Shown one piece after another: positions 31,327 to 40,117 of a DNA stretch of 62,882 nt. The notes under the pieces are model-generated. The model was not told the origin of the DNA. It did no database searches and saw only the letters and a list, made by a program, of their open reading frames with translations. Location: NCBI GenBank assembly GCA_002457305.1, contig NTKG01000002.1, forward strand, positions 1 through 62,882. Direction: 5' to 3'. The DNA comes from Bacteroidetes bacterium MED-G21 (GTDB lineage: Bacteria; Bacteroidota; Bacteroidia; Flavobacteriales; UBA7430). Positions within the stretch are counted from its first letter, which is position 1, and each line of letters opens with the position of its first letter. The position numbers were made by a program, and so were the translations under genes.

Positions 31327-31438
31327 ATTCTCAAAGATACATTGAAAAAAGTTTGAAAATAATATTAAATACCAAAATATATATAATGTAAATTAATTTA
31401 TTATGGACTTTAGAAACCATATAATTTAACCAATTCGT

Positions 31439-31446
31439 TATATTTG
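31439..31446 (+). promoter_or_regulatory. Bacteroidota-type -7 box (TATATTTG) for the PTPS-folE-fabD unit
   Basis: Exact TAnnTTTG match 19 nt upstream of ATG 31466. Confidence 0.45.
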
Positions 31447-31465
31447 TCAACTAATTACAATAATA

Positions 31466-31879
31466 ATGATTTACATTACTCGAAGAGAAAGATTTAGTTC
31501 CACTCATAGACTTTACAGAGCTGATTGGGATGACCAAAAAAACATGGAAATTTTTGGTCCTTGTTCTAATGAAAATGGACATGGACATAATTTTGAATTA
31601 TTTGTTACAATTAAGGGAAAAGTAAACCCAGATAATGGCTTTGTTATGAATCTTAAAGCGTTGAGTCCAATAATAAAGGATAAAGTAATTGATAAACTAG
31701 ATCATAAAAACATAAATTTAGACGTAGATTTTATGAAAAACAAAATACCTTCTACTGAAAATTTAGTTTTAGGAATTTGGAATCAATTACAAAGACCCGT
31801 AGCAGAACATGGTGCTAGCCTTCATTGTATAAAGGTTTATGAAACAGAAAATAATTTTGTAGAATATTTCGGAGAATAA
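31466..31879 (+). CDS. 6-pyruvoyl-/6-carboxy-tetrahydropterin synthase family protein (PTPS/QueD)
   Basis: FSSTHRL...[19 protein letters not shown] Zn/active-site motif; 137 aa; 1 nt before folE. Confidence 0.85.
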   Translation: MIYITRRERFSSTHRLYRADWDDQKNMEIFGPCSNENGHGHNFELFVTIKGKVNPDNGFVMNLKALSPIIKDKVIDKLDHKNINLDVDFMKNKIPSTENLVLGIWNQLQRPVAEHGASLHCIKVYETENNFVEYFGE

Positions 31880-31880
31880 T

Positions 31881-32480
31881 ATGGGCTATCTAAAAATCGA
31901 GCATTACGATGATGAGTGTACCAAATCACTTTCATCTAACTATAAAGAGGTGATAGAGAATCTTGGTGAAGATCCAAATCGAGAAGGTTTATTAAAAACA
32001 CCTGAGCGCGTTGCAAAAGCCATGCAATTCTTAACACAGGGTTACGATCAAAATCCACAAGAGATTCTAAAATCAGCTATGTTTGCTGAGAAATACGATG
32101 AAATGGTCATTGTAAAAGACATCGAAGTGTATTCACTTTGCGAACATCACATGCTACCTTTCTTTGGAAAATGTCATATTGCTTACATACCTAATGGACA
32201 TATTGTAGGTTTAAGTAAATTTCCTCGAATGGTAGATGCATTTTCCAGAAGATTACAAGTTCAGGAGCGACTAACAGATCAAATACGTGATTGTCTTCAT
32301 GAAACTTTAAAACCGAAAGGGGTAGCCGTTTGCGTCGAAGCGCAACACTTATGCATGCAAATGCGAGGGGTTCAAAAACAAAACTCAATAACTACCACCT
32401 CTGCTTTTTCAGGGGCATTTATGGAGGAAGACATTTCTCGTCAAGAATTTATGAGTTTGGTGAAGGGATTAACTAGGTAG
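31881..32480 (+). CDS. folE: GTP cyclohydrolase I
   Basis: [60 protein letters not shown]. Confidence 0.95.
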   Translation: MGYLKIEHYDDECTKSLSSNYKEVIENLGEDPNREGLLKTPERVAKAMQFLTQGYDQNPQEILKSAMFAEKYDEMVIVKDIEVYSLCEHHMLPFFGKCHIAYIPNGHIVGLSKFPRMVDAFSRRLQVQERLTDQIRDCLHETLKPKGVAVCVEAQHLCMQMRGVQKQNSITTTSAFSGAFMEEDISRQEFMSLVKGLTR

Positions 32481-32505
32481 TATAAAATTTAGCAGAATAC
32501 AAGAT

Positions 32506-33390
32506 ATGAAAGCATACGTTTTCCCAGGTCAGGGAGCTCAATTCATAGGGATGGGTAAAGACTTATATGATGCTTCTGAAGAAGCAAAAATATTATTCGA
32601 AAAAGCTAATGATATATTAGGGTTTCGCATCACCGATATCATGTTCGAAGGTGAGGCTGAAGAATTAAAGCAGACCAAGGTTACTCAACCAGCCATTTTC
32701 TTACACTCTACAATTTTGGCCAAATTATTAGATCATCATTTTCAACCCGAAATGGTTGCTGGTCATTCTTTGGGTGAAATTTCTGCATTAACTGCTGCAG
32801 GTGTTTTGGCTTTTGAAGATGGATTGAAACTGGTTTCCAAAAGAGCACTTGCCATGCAGGCTGCCTGTGAAGCAGAACCCTCTTCTATGGCTGCTATATT
32901 AGGTTTAGAAAATGAAGTTGTTGAAAGTATTTGCGAAAAAGTTGAGGGTATTGTGGTGGCAGCAAACTACAATTGTCCTGGACAATTAGTTATTTCAGGT
33001 ACTGTTGATGCAATTAATGATGCTTGTGAACTTTTAAAAGAAGCCGGAGCTCGACGAGCTCTTGTTCTTCCTGTAGGTGGTGCATTTCATTCTCCACTAA
33101 TGGAGCCTGCGCGTGCTGAATTAGCAAAAGCTATTGAGGCCACAACATTTAACACACCAATTTGTCCGGTATATCAAAATGTTACTGCCTCTCCAGTTAC
33201 AGATCCAAATGAAATTAAGGAAAATCTTGTAGCCCAGTTAACAGCTCCAGTGCGCTGGACACAAACCATGAATCAAATGATAGCTGATGGTGTTTCTGGA
33301 TTTACTGAAGTAGGTCCGGGAAAAGTTCTTCAGGGGCTGGTTAAAAAAGTAGACCGTCAAATGCCTACTGAATCAGCAGAATTAAGATAA
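32506..33390 (+). CDS. fabD: Malonyl CoA-ACP transacylase
   Basis: FPGQGAQFIGMGKDLY, active site AGHSLGEISAL, VGGAFHSPLM. Confidence 0.95.
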   Translation: MKAYVFPGQGAQFIGMGKDLYDASEEAKILFEKANDILGFRITDIMFEGEAEELKQTKVTQPAIFLHSTILAKLLDHHFQPEMVAGHSLGEISALTAAGVLAFEDGLKLVSKRALAMQAACEAEPSSMAAILGLENEVVESICEKVEGIVVAANYNCPGQLVISGTVDAINDACELLKEAGARRALVLPVGGAFHSPLMEPARAELAKAIEATTFNTPICPVYQNVTASPVTDPNEIKENLVAQLTAPVRWTQTMNQMIADGVSGFTEVGPGKVLQGLVKKVDRQMPTESAELR

Positions 33391-34449
33391 ATTAATTCCA
33401 TATTGGTTTTCATAATACAATTTATAAGCGCCAGATGTAATATGCTCTAGCCATTCTGAATTTTCTAAATACCAATCAATGGTTTTTGAAAGGCCTTCTT
33501 TAAAATCTACAGTGGGTTGCCATTTTAACTCATTGCATAATTTACTTGCATCAATGGCATATCGCTTATCATGTCCTGGACGGTCTTTCACATAAGTAAT
33601 CAATCGCGCTGAAGATCCTTTTTCTCTTCCAAGTTTTTCATCCATCAATTCACATAAAACATGGATTAAATCAATATTAGTCCATTCATTTAACCCTCCA
33701 ACATTGTATGTTTCACCTTCTTTACCATTATTAAAAATAGCATCTATAGCAATCGCATGATCAATAACATAGAGCCAATCACGGGTATATTGTCCATTTC
33801 CATATACCGGCAAAGCTTTTTCCCCAACAATATTATTAATAAATAAAGGGATTAACTTCTCTGGAAACTGATTCGGGCCATAATTATTTGAACAGTTAGA
33901 GATTACAAAAGGCAATCCATATGTATTACCGTAAGCTCTTACAAAATGATCGGAACTCGCTTTTGAAGAGGAATAAGGGGACCTAGGATCATAAGATGTG
34001 GTTTCCGTAAACAAACCAGTTTCTCCAAGAGATCCATATACCTCATCCGTTGAAACATGATAAAACAACTTTCCCTCGTAATTTTTTTGCCATGTCTCTT
34101 TCGCTGCATTCAACAAATTAACTGTACCCAACACATTGGTTTGTATAAATGCCAATGGGTCTTTGATAGAACGATCTACGTGAGACTCAGCAGCCAAATG
34201 TATAACACCGTCAATTTTATAGTCTTCAAAAATAGACATTACTAGAACTGCATCACATATATCTCCCTTTATAAAGGTATAATTCGCAGCAGACTCAATA
34301 TCTTTTATATTTTCAAGATTTCCGGCATAAGTAAGCGCATCCAAATTAAAAAAATGAGAATTTGGATATTTTAAAACCATCAATCTTAAAACATGTGAAC
34401 CAATAAAACCAGCGGCTCCTGTAATGAGTATATTCTTATTTGAATGCAT
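33382..34449 (-). CDS. rfbB: dTDP-glucose 4,6-dehydratase
   Basis: [55 protein letters not shown]. Confidence 0.93.
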   Translation of the reverse strand: MHSNKNILITGAAGFIGSHVLRLMVLKYPNSHFFNLDALTYAGNLENIKDIESAANYTFIKGDICDAVLVMSIFEDYKIDGVIHLAAESHVDRSIKDPLAFIQTNVLGTVNLLNAAKETWQKNYEGKLFYHVSTDEVYGSLGETGLFTETTSYDPRSPYSSSKASSDHFVRAYGNTYGLPFVISNCSNNYGPNQFPEKLIPLFINNIVGEKALPVYGNGQYTRDWLYVIDHAIAIDAIFNNGKEGETYNVGGLNEWTNIDLIHVLCELMDEKLGREKGSSARLITYVKDRPGHDKRYAIDASKLCNELKWQPTVDFKEGLSKTIDWYLENSEWLEHITSGAYKLYYENQYGINLS

Positions 34450-34725
34450 AAAAAAGCAACTTATAATGAGCTAAAATAATCATAAAGTGACGAGAAATAA
34501 ATATTTAAGATCTAATATTTAAAGTTTAATTCTATTTATTATCAATTCAATTTACTAATATCAAATAAACTTTTCAAAAAATAATTACATATATCTTAGC
34601 ACATAATTTTATCAACCAGTTAAAATTTATAAATAATTTAATACGAGATAAAAGTTAAGAAAACACAAAACATCTCTAAAAAGTTATGTAAACTAGTAGG
34701 AATAAATTTCAAAAAACTTGAAGAC

Positions 34726-36360
34726 ATGTTTAAAATAGTTCATCCTCTTAAACAAATCATACTAAACCTATTAATTAAGACTCAACATATTCAAACTGAA
34801 ACCAACTATAAATATAAATTTAGAAAATGTATTACAATAACACTCTTATTGATTTTTACCAACACACTTGCACAAGAGAATGATCTTTCTAAACTTCACA
34901 AAATAGAACTACAAAACAGTATTCGTTTAAATTTTACAACTGTTGACATGCCTAATAATGTCTTCCCAAATTTAGAAGACAAAATGGGATTAATGAGCCT
35001 AGACTATAACATTTTCATAAATGAATGGTTTTATATAGGTAGTGGCATGAAAGCAGCTTTAACAGGAGATCAAGGAGGGCTATTTACATTAGGTATTGAA
35101 ACAGGTATCTCTAAGAAGTTATACCGAGATCTTTATTTCGACACTAATATTTATTTTGGTGGTGGTGGCGGTTATCGTTATTTAGTAAATGACGGTGGCC
35201 TAATAAACCCTAACATTGGAATAAAACTCAAAAACAAAAACTATTCTATTGGCTTGCAATACAGTTATGTGAATTTTTATTCAGGAGAAATTAACAGTAA
35301 TTCAATATCATTTTTTGCTGAAGTTCCGATAACATTAAGTATGGCTAATTACAGAGAAGGACTTAAAACATTCATAGTTAAAGATGATGAGTCGGGTAAC
35401 CCATGGAACACACCAGCTAAAAAAACCGCACAACAAATTCGATTTGATTTCCTATCACCTATTGGTAATTCTATAAGAGACAATGGTCTCCCAATAGAAG
35501 AAACTTTATATGCAATAGGTTTTGAATATCAAAAATATGTTAATAAACAAATGTACGCTTTTGTGCATACTGATGCTATATACAAAGGTCTAAGGGCTGG
35601 ATTTATGGACCTATTTTTTGGCTTGGGAAGAAATTTAACTGAAGACAAGCTCTTCAATTTATTCTGCAAATTAGGGATAGGAGCAGCAGGAGGTCGTATA
35701 GCTCCGGAAGGAGGGTTAATGATTTACCCAAGTGCAGGAATGGACATCAAAATATCCAAATCATTTTTACTAAGTACTCATGGAGGTTTATATCATGCGC
35801 TTGACGGAGACCTGCAAGCATATACTAAAGGTTTTGGGATTAAATACGTTGGATTAAATGGCGGAATTCATTTTGACAAGGGCAATTTTTACAAACAATA
35901 CAAAACAAAAGGAATTCGAGTAACAGCAGAAAACCAAACTTACTTTGATGTACTCAAAACTGATGCACCAAAAGCAACGCTACAAATGCTTGCTCTAAAA
36001 CTTAACTATGATTTATTAAAACACATTTACACAACATCAGAAGCAAGCTTTGCCTACGATGGGGAATCAGGTGGCTATGCTCATGGGTTAATTGGATTTG
36101 GTGTAAAATCACCCACATTCTTAAAAGGAAAATTAGAAATCTTTTCAGAAATATCTGGGGGAGCAGCTGGTGGTGCAGGAATAGATACTGGCGAAGGTAT
36201 TGTTATCAGACCCTTAATAGGCATGAGTTACTTTCTTACAGATACTTTTGCACTATCGGCCTCAAGAGGTAGAATAATTGCTCAATTCGGAAATATAGAC
36301 TCAACTAACATTAACATAGGTGTCAATTTTCGTTTATCCATCTTGAATGCAATCTTTTAG
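34726..36360 (+). CDS. Predicted outer-membrane beta-barrel protein built from three internal ~160-aa repeats (hypothetical)
   Basis: Signal-like RKCITITLLLIFTNTLAQ at residues 33-50, alternating hydrophobic beta-strand pattern, Gly clusters, terminal aromatic residue (..LNAIF). Start is uncertain: 32 residues precede the signal-like segment and there is no other in-frame ATG. Confidence 0.6.
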   Translation: MFKIVHPLKQIILNLLIKTQHIQTETNYKYKFRKCITITLLLIFTNTLAQENDLSKLHKIELQNSIRLNFTTVDMPNNVFPNLEDKMGLMSLDYNIFINEWFYIGSGMKAALTGDQGGLFTLGIETGISKKLYRDLYFDTNIYFGGGGGYRYLVNDGGLINPNIGIKLKNKNYSIGLQYSYVNFYSGEINSNSISFFAEVPITLSMANYREGLKTFIVKDDESGNPWNTPAKKTAQQIRFDFLSPIGNSIRDNGLPIEETLYAIGFEYQKYVNKQMYAFVHTDAIYKGLRAGFMDLFFGLGRNLTEDKLFNLFCKLGIGAAGGRIAPEGGLMIYPSAGMDIKISKSFLLSTHGGLYHALDGDLQAYTKGFGIKYVGLNGGIHFDKGNFYKQYKTKGIRVTAENQTYFDVLKTDAPKATLQMLALKLNYDLLKHIYTTSEASFAYDGESGGYAHGLIGFGVKSPTFLKGKLEIFSEISGGAAGGAGIDTGEGIVIRPLIGMSYFLTDTFALSASRGRIIAQFGNIDSTNINIGVNFRLSILNAIF

Positions 36361-36439
36361 AAATTATTCAGTATACAATTAAGAATTTCAAATCAATAAA
36401 AAATTTATCAGTGTTAATGTAAAACACTCATTGACAAGA

Positions 36440-36691
36440 TTATTCTTCTAATTCTTCGTAGCGATCAATCTCTCTTTGGTAAAAATCATCTGCTTCTGCC
36501 AAAAGCTTACTGATCGCAGTTGTTAACTCAGCCTCATCATCAGTACCTAATAACTCTGGCAAATCATCATCTAACCACTTCACATCGTCTGTATCCAAGT
36601 TTAAGATAAATCGAGGTGACTCAGTGTGAATAATAAATACTGAATCTTGGCATTCTGTGTTGTCTCCAACTAAAAATTTAGGTATTTCCAT
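36440..36691 (-). CDS. Highly acidic small hypothetical protein (83 aa)
   Basis: ATG 5 nt after the stop of the sigma-54 activator gene. By my count 25 Asp/Glu against 6 Lys/Arg. No family recognised. Confidence 0.5.
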   Translation of the reverse strand: MEIPKFLVGDNTECQDSVFIIHTESPRFILNLDTDDVKWLDDDLPELLGTDDEAELTTAISKLLAEADDFYQREIDRYEELEE

Positions 36692-36696
36692 ATTTT

Positions 36697-37860
36697 TTAT
36701 TTTCCTGAAAATGATTTTACTGTTTCTTTATCAATCGTATCTGAAGATAGAATAATTAACCTTTCAATAACATTTCTGAGTTCTCTTATATTACCTGACC
36801 AGTTATAAGCTATTAAAACTTTTAATGCATCATCAGTAAAGCTCTTCTTAGAAATTCCATGTTCCTTACAAATCTCTCTATTAAAATGCTCAATTAAAAT
36901 TGGAATATCATCTTTCCTTTCATCTAAAGACGGATTATTAATTAAAATAACACCTAGTCGATGATACAAATCTTCACGAAATCTACCCTCTTTAATTTCA
37001 TGTTGTAAATCTTTATTTGTAGCTGCTAGCACTCGAACATTAACTTTAATTTCTTTATCACTTCCAACTCTAGAAATTTTATGTTCCTGAAGCGCTCTAA
37101 GCACTTTAGCTTGAGCTTTAAGGCTCATATCTCCTACTTCATCTAAAAATAATGTCCCACCATTAGCCGTTTCAAATTTACCTTTTCGTTGTTTTATGGC
37201 AGAGGTAAAAGCACCTTTTTCATGGCCAAAAAGTTCAGACTCTATTAGTTCCGAGGGGATTGCCGCACAATTTACTTCAATCATTGGAGCATTACTACGA
37301 TCACTTTTTTGATGAATAGCATGAGCTATTAATTCTTTTCCGGAGCCATTAGCACCTATAATCAATACACGTGCATCTGTTGGAGCAACAAGCTCAATCA
37401 TTTCATGAATTTTTTGAAGCTCCGGAGAGTTTCCAACCATTTCATATTTCTTACTTACCTTTTTCCTTAATACTTTATTTTGAACAACTAAGTTATTTCT
37501 ATCAAGTCCTATTCTAATGGTATGAAGAAGTCGATTTAAATCTGGCGGTTTTGAAATATAATCAAAAGCACCTTTTTTAATGGATTCCACAGCAGTGTCA
37601 AGATCTCCATGACCTGAAATCATAACTATGGGAAGGTCTGGTTGAATAGCTATTGCTTTTTCCAACAACTCCATCCCATCCATTTTTGGCATCTTTATGT
37701 CACAAAGAACCAAATCATAAGTATTTTGAGTAAGCATTTTAAAACCATCCAAACCATTTTCAGCAGTATCTACTTCATGGCTCTTGTCTTCTTCAATTAA
37801 AATATTCGAAAGTACATTTCGAATTGCCTTTTCGTCTTCTATAATGAGGATTTTTGCCAT
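36697..37860 (-). CDS. Sigma-54-dependent response regulator (REC + AAA+), lacking a C-terminal HTH domain
   Basis: REC residues IEDE, D54 (LVLCDIKMP) and K104 (YISKPP). AAA+ Walker A GANGSGKE, GAFTSA sigma-54 contact loop (216-221), Walker B LFLDEVG and RELRN. The protein ends 14 aa after sensor II (387 aa). Confidence 0.85.
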   Translation of the reverse strand: MAKILIIEDEKAIRNVLSNILIEEDKSHEVDTAENGLDGFKMLTQNTYDLVLCDIKMPKMDGMELLEKAIAIQPDLPIVMISGHGDLDTAVESIKKGAFDYISKPPDLNRLLHTIRIGLDRNNLVVQNKVLRKKVSKKYEMVGNSPELQKIHEMIELVAPTDARVLIIGANGSGKELIAHAIHQKSDRSNAPMIEVNCAAIPSELIESELFGHEKGAFTSAIKQRKGKFETANGGTLFLDEVGDMSLKAQAKVLRALQEHKISRVGSDKEIKVNVRVLAATNKDLQHEIKEGRFREDLYHRLGVILINNPSLDERKDDIPILIEHFNREICKEHGISKKSFTDDALKVLIAYNWSGNIRELRNVIERLIILSSDTIDKETVKSFSGK

Positions 37861-38792
37861 TCTTGTGGTTTTCTTATTAATGTATCTATAAGCCCTTCCT
37901 TTAACGCATACCTAGAAAGTTGAAGTTCATGGATGGCTAGATTGTTCAAAATATAGTTAATAATAATGATGGAAACAACTATCATATCAGCTCGCATAGG
38001 AGTTAAGCCCTTCATATTTAGCCGTTCTTCTAGAGTGGAACCATATATAATTCGCTGAATCTCATTGTAATCATGCATGTGAAAATTAAAATAAGAGTCC
38101 TTTTTCCAAACACCACAATCACCTTTTCTACATGAAATCATTTCTGCCAATGTATCAAAGGAGCCTGAAGAACCTATAAGGCCATCTATTTCATATGTTT
38201 CACACATCTCAAGCAAATCTTGTAATGAATTACTAAGGTGGGAATCGATTGCATTAAAATCATCCAATTCAATAGGATCCTTGGGCTTAAATAGTTCTAA
38301 CAACCTAGCCGCACCTAGCTGGTAACTTTTTTTCCAAAAAATTTGACTTTCATTTGCAATAATAAATTCTGTACTCCCTCCACCAATATCTATAATTAAT
38401 TTTGGGATTCCATTAAAATCAACAGCTTGTTTAACGCCATTATAAATCAAATCGGCCTCTTTATCCCCATCAATTATATTAATACGAATTCCTAACTGTT
38501 GTTTTACATCTTCTACAAATTGAGTGCCATTATCAGAGCTTCTTATTGCAGAAGTTGCAACGGCATAATAATCCTGAATTTGATAGTTAAGTAAAGTCTT
38601 TTTATGGACTTTTAATGCGTCGACACCTCTTTTGTATGCCTCAGGGGCAATAAAACCTTTATGAATACCTCCCTCACCAAGCTTAACGGCAATTTTAGTT
38701 TTATGCAGAACCTTATAATTAAGGCCATGAACATTAGCAATAAGTAGATTGAATGTATTTGTCCCTAAATCTATTATACCTACTTTTCCCAT
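37839..38792 (-). CDS. Ppx/GppA family phosphatase, short single-module form
   Basis: MGKVGIIDLGTNTFNLLIA and IIDIGGGSTEF ASKHA motifs. About 317 aa, so there is no C-terminal HD domain. ATG 38792 is preferred over the TTG at 38798. The 3' end overlaps the next gene by 22 nt. Confidence 0.85.
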   Translation of the reverse strand: MGKVGIIDLGTNTFNLLIANVHGLNYKVLHKTKIAVKLGEGGIHKGFIAPEAYKRGVDALKVHKKTLLNYQIQDYYAVATSAIRSSDNGTQFVEDVKQQLGIRINIIDGDKEADLIYNGVKQAVDFNGIPKLIIDIGGGSTEFIIANESQIFWKKSYQLGAARLLELFKPKDPIELDDFNAIDSHLSNSLQDLLEMCETYEIDGLIGSSGSFDTLAEMISCRKGDCGVWKKDSYFNFHMHDYNEIQRIIYGSTLEERLNMKGLTPMRADMIVVSIIIINYILNNLAIHELQLSRYALKEGLIDTLIRKPQEWQKSSL

Positions 38793-38794
38793 GC

Positions 38795-40117
38795 TCAACT
38801 TTGTTTAATCCATTTCCACAAGGTTTTATAATTCACTTTTTGACCATACATGAGTATTCCTACACGGTAAATACGACCAGCAAGCCAACTTGTAAAAATA
38901 AAACCAACAATTAACAAAAGCATGGATAATACTATTTCCCAGAATGGCGGATCAAAAGGTAGTCTTCCCATCATCACAATAGGCGATGTAAATGGAATAA
39001 TAGAACACCAAAATGCAAGCGAACTGTCTGGGTTTTCTAATATGGTTTGCAGAGCTATAAATGAAAAAATTAATGGTATGGTAATCGGTAGCATAAATTG
39101 CTGGGAATCAGTTTCAGAATCAACGGCTGACCCAACTGCAGCAAATAAAGAGCCATACATCAAATACCCGCCTATAAAATAAAACAAGAACATGACTAAC
39201 AAAAAGGTAATGTTAATACTTTCAAGTTGTTCAAAAACTGAAGCCAAACCGCCATGATTCATCTCTGCTTCTTGAATTAACATTTCTGACCCATTAGCCA
39301 TATCTACAGGATTAAGATCTGCCGGACTAACTAATAAAGCCGTGGCAAGAGAACTAATTAAAAAGGTAAGTGAAACCCACAAGGCAAACTGCGTAAATCC
39401 CACTAAAGCAATTCCTATTATTTTCCCCATCATCAATTGAATAGGCTTAACCGATGAAATGATAATTTCTACTATGCGGCTGGTTTTTTCTTCCATAACA
39501 CCTCGCATAACCATAGCACCATAAAGAAATATGAAAATATATATTAAGAACCCTCCAAACATACTTATACCCATACTTACTTCTGTAGAGCCCGTCTTTT
39601 CACTGCCGCTTTCTCCCAAAATAATGGTATTTAAATTTACATTGGAGCGCGTTCTATCAATAATATCTCTAGTTAAACCTTCCTCTTTAAGTTTAATAGA
39701 TTCTATAACAGATTCAATATTATTCGAAATTTGATTTTGATTAGAAAAACTCATTGGTTTACGAACATAAACCTTTACAGAAGACTCTAATACATCAATA
39801 CTCTCATTTTCAAATTTAGGAATGTGTACTAATGCATACCCATCACTTGTATTAAAGCGCTCCTTAACCTCAACAAGATCATTCTTGAAAAACTGATAAT
39901 CGGTTCCATCAATATCTTCAAATTGAGGTTCAAAAAGATTATTTTCATCACAAACCCATATCTCCTTCTTTTCCTCATCTGAGGAATCCATCAACAATAT
40001 GGGAGCCAAAATAAGACCAGCCATTAAGACAGGACCTAAAATGGTCATGATAATAAAAGACTTTTTTCTTACTCTAGAGAGGTACTCTCTTTTAATAATT
40101 AGCAGAATTTTATTCAT
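38795..40117 (-). CDS. ABC-2 type transporter permease (NatB-like)
   Basis: N-terminal TM segment, ~150-aa extracytoplasmic loop, then five or six TM segments. ATGA overlap with the upstream ATPase gene. Confidence 0.8.
   Translation of the reverse strand: MNKILLIIKREYLSRVRKKSFIIMTILGPVLMAGLILAPILLMDSSDEEKKEIWVCDENNLFEPQFEDIDGTDYQFFKNDLVEVKERFNTSDGYALVHIPKFENESIDVLESSVKVYVRKPMSFSNQNQISNNIESVIESIKLKEEGLTRDIIDRTRSNVNLNTIILGESGSEKTGSTEVSMGISMFGGFLIYIFIFLYGAMVMRGVMEEKTSRIVEIIISSVKPIQLMMGKIIGIALVGFTQFALWVSLTFLISSLATALLVSPADLNPVDMANGSEMLIQEAEMNHGGLASVFEQLESINITFLLVMFLFYFIGGYLMYGSLFAAVGSAVDSETDSQQFMLPITIPLIFSFIALQTILENPDSSLAFWCSIIPFTSPIVMMGRLPFDPPFWEIVLSMLLLIVGFIFTSWLAGRIYRVGILMYGQKVNYKTLWKWIKQS

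Noticed and set aside
31332-31339. TAnnTTTG match (TATCTTTG, minus strand) upstream of mqnB
   Set aside because: It lies only 5 nt from the ATG, which would require a leaderless mRNA. This is possible, but a chance match in AT-rich DNA cannot be excluded, so I did not list it as a feature.
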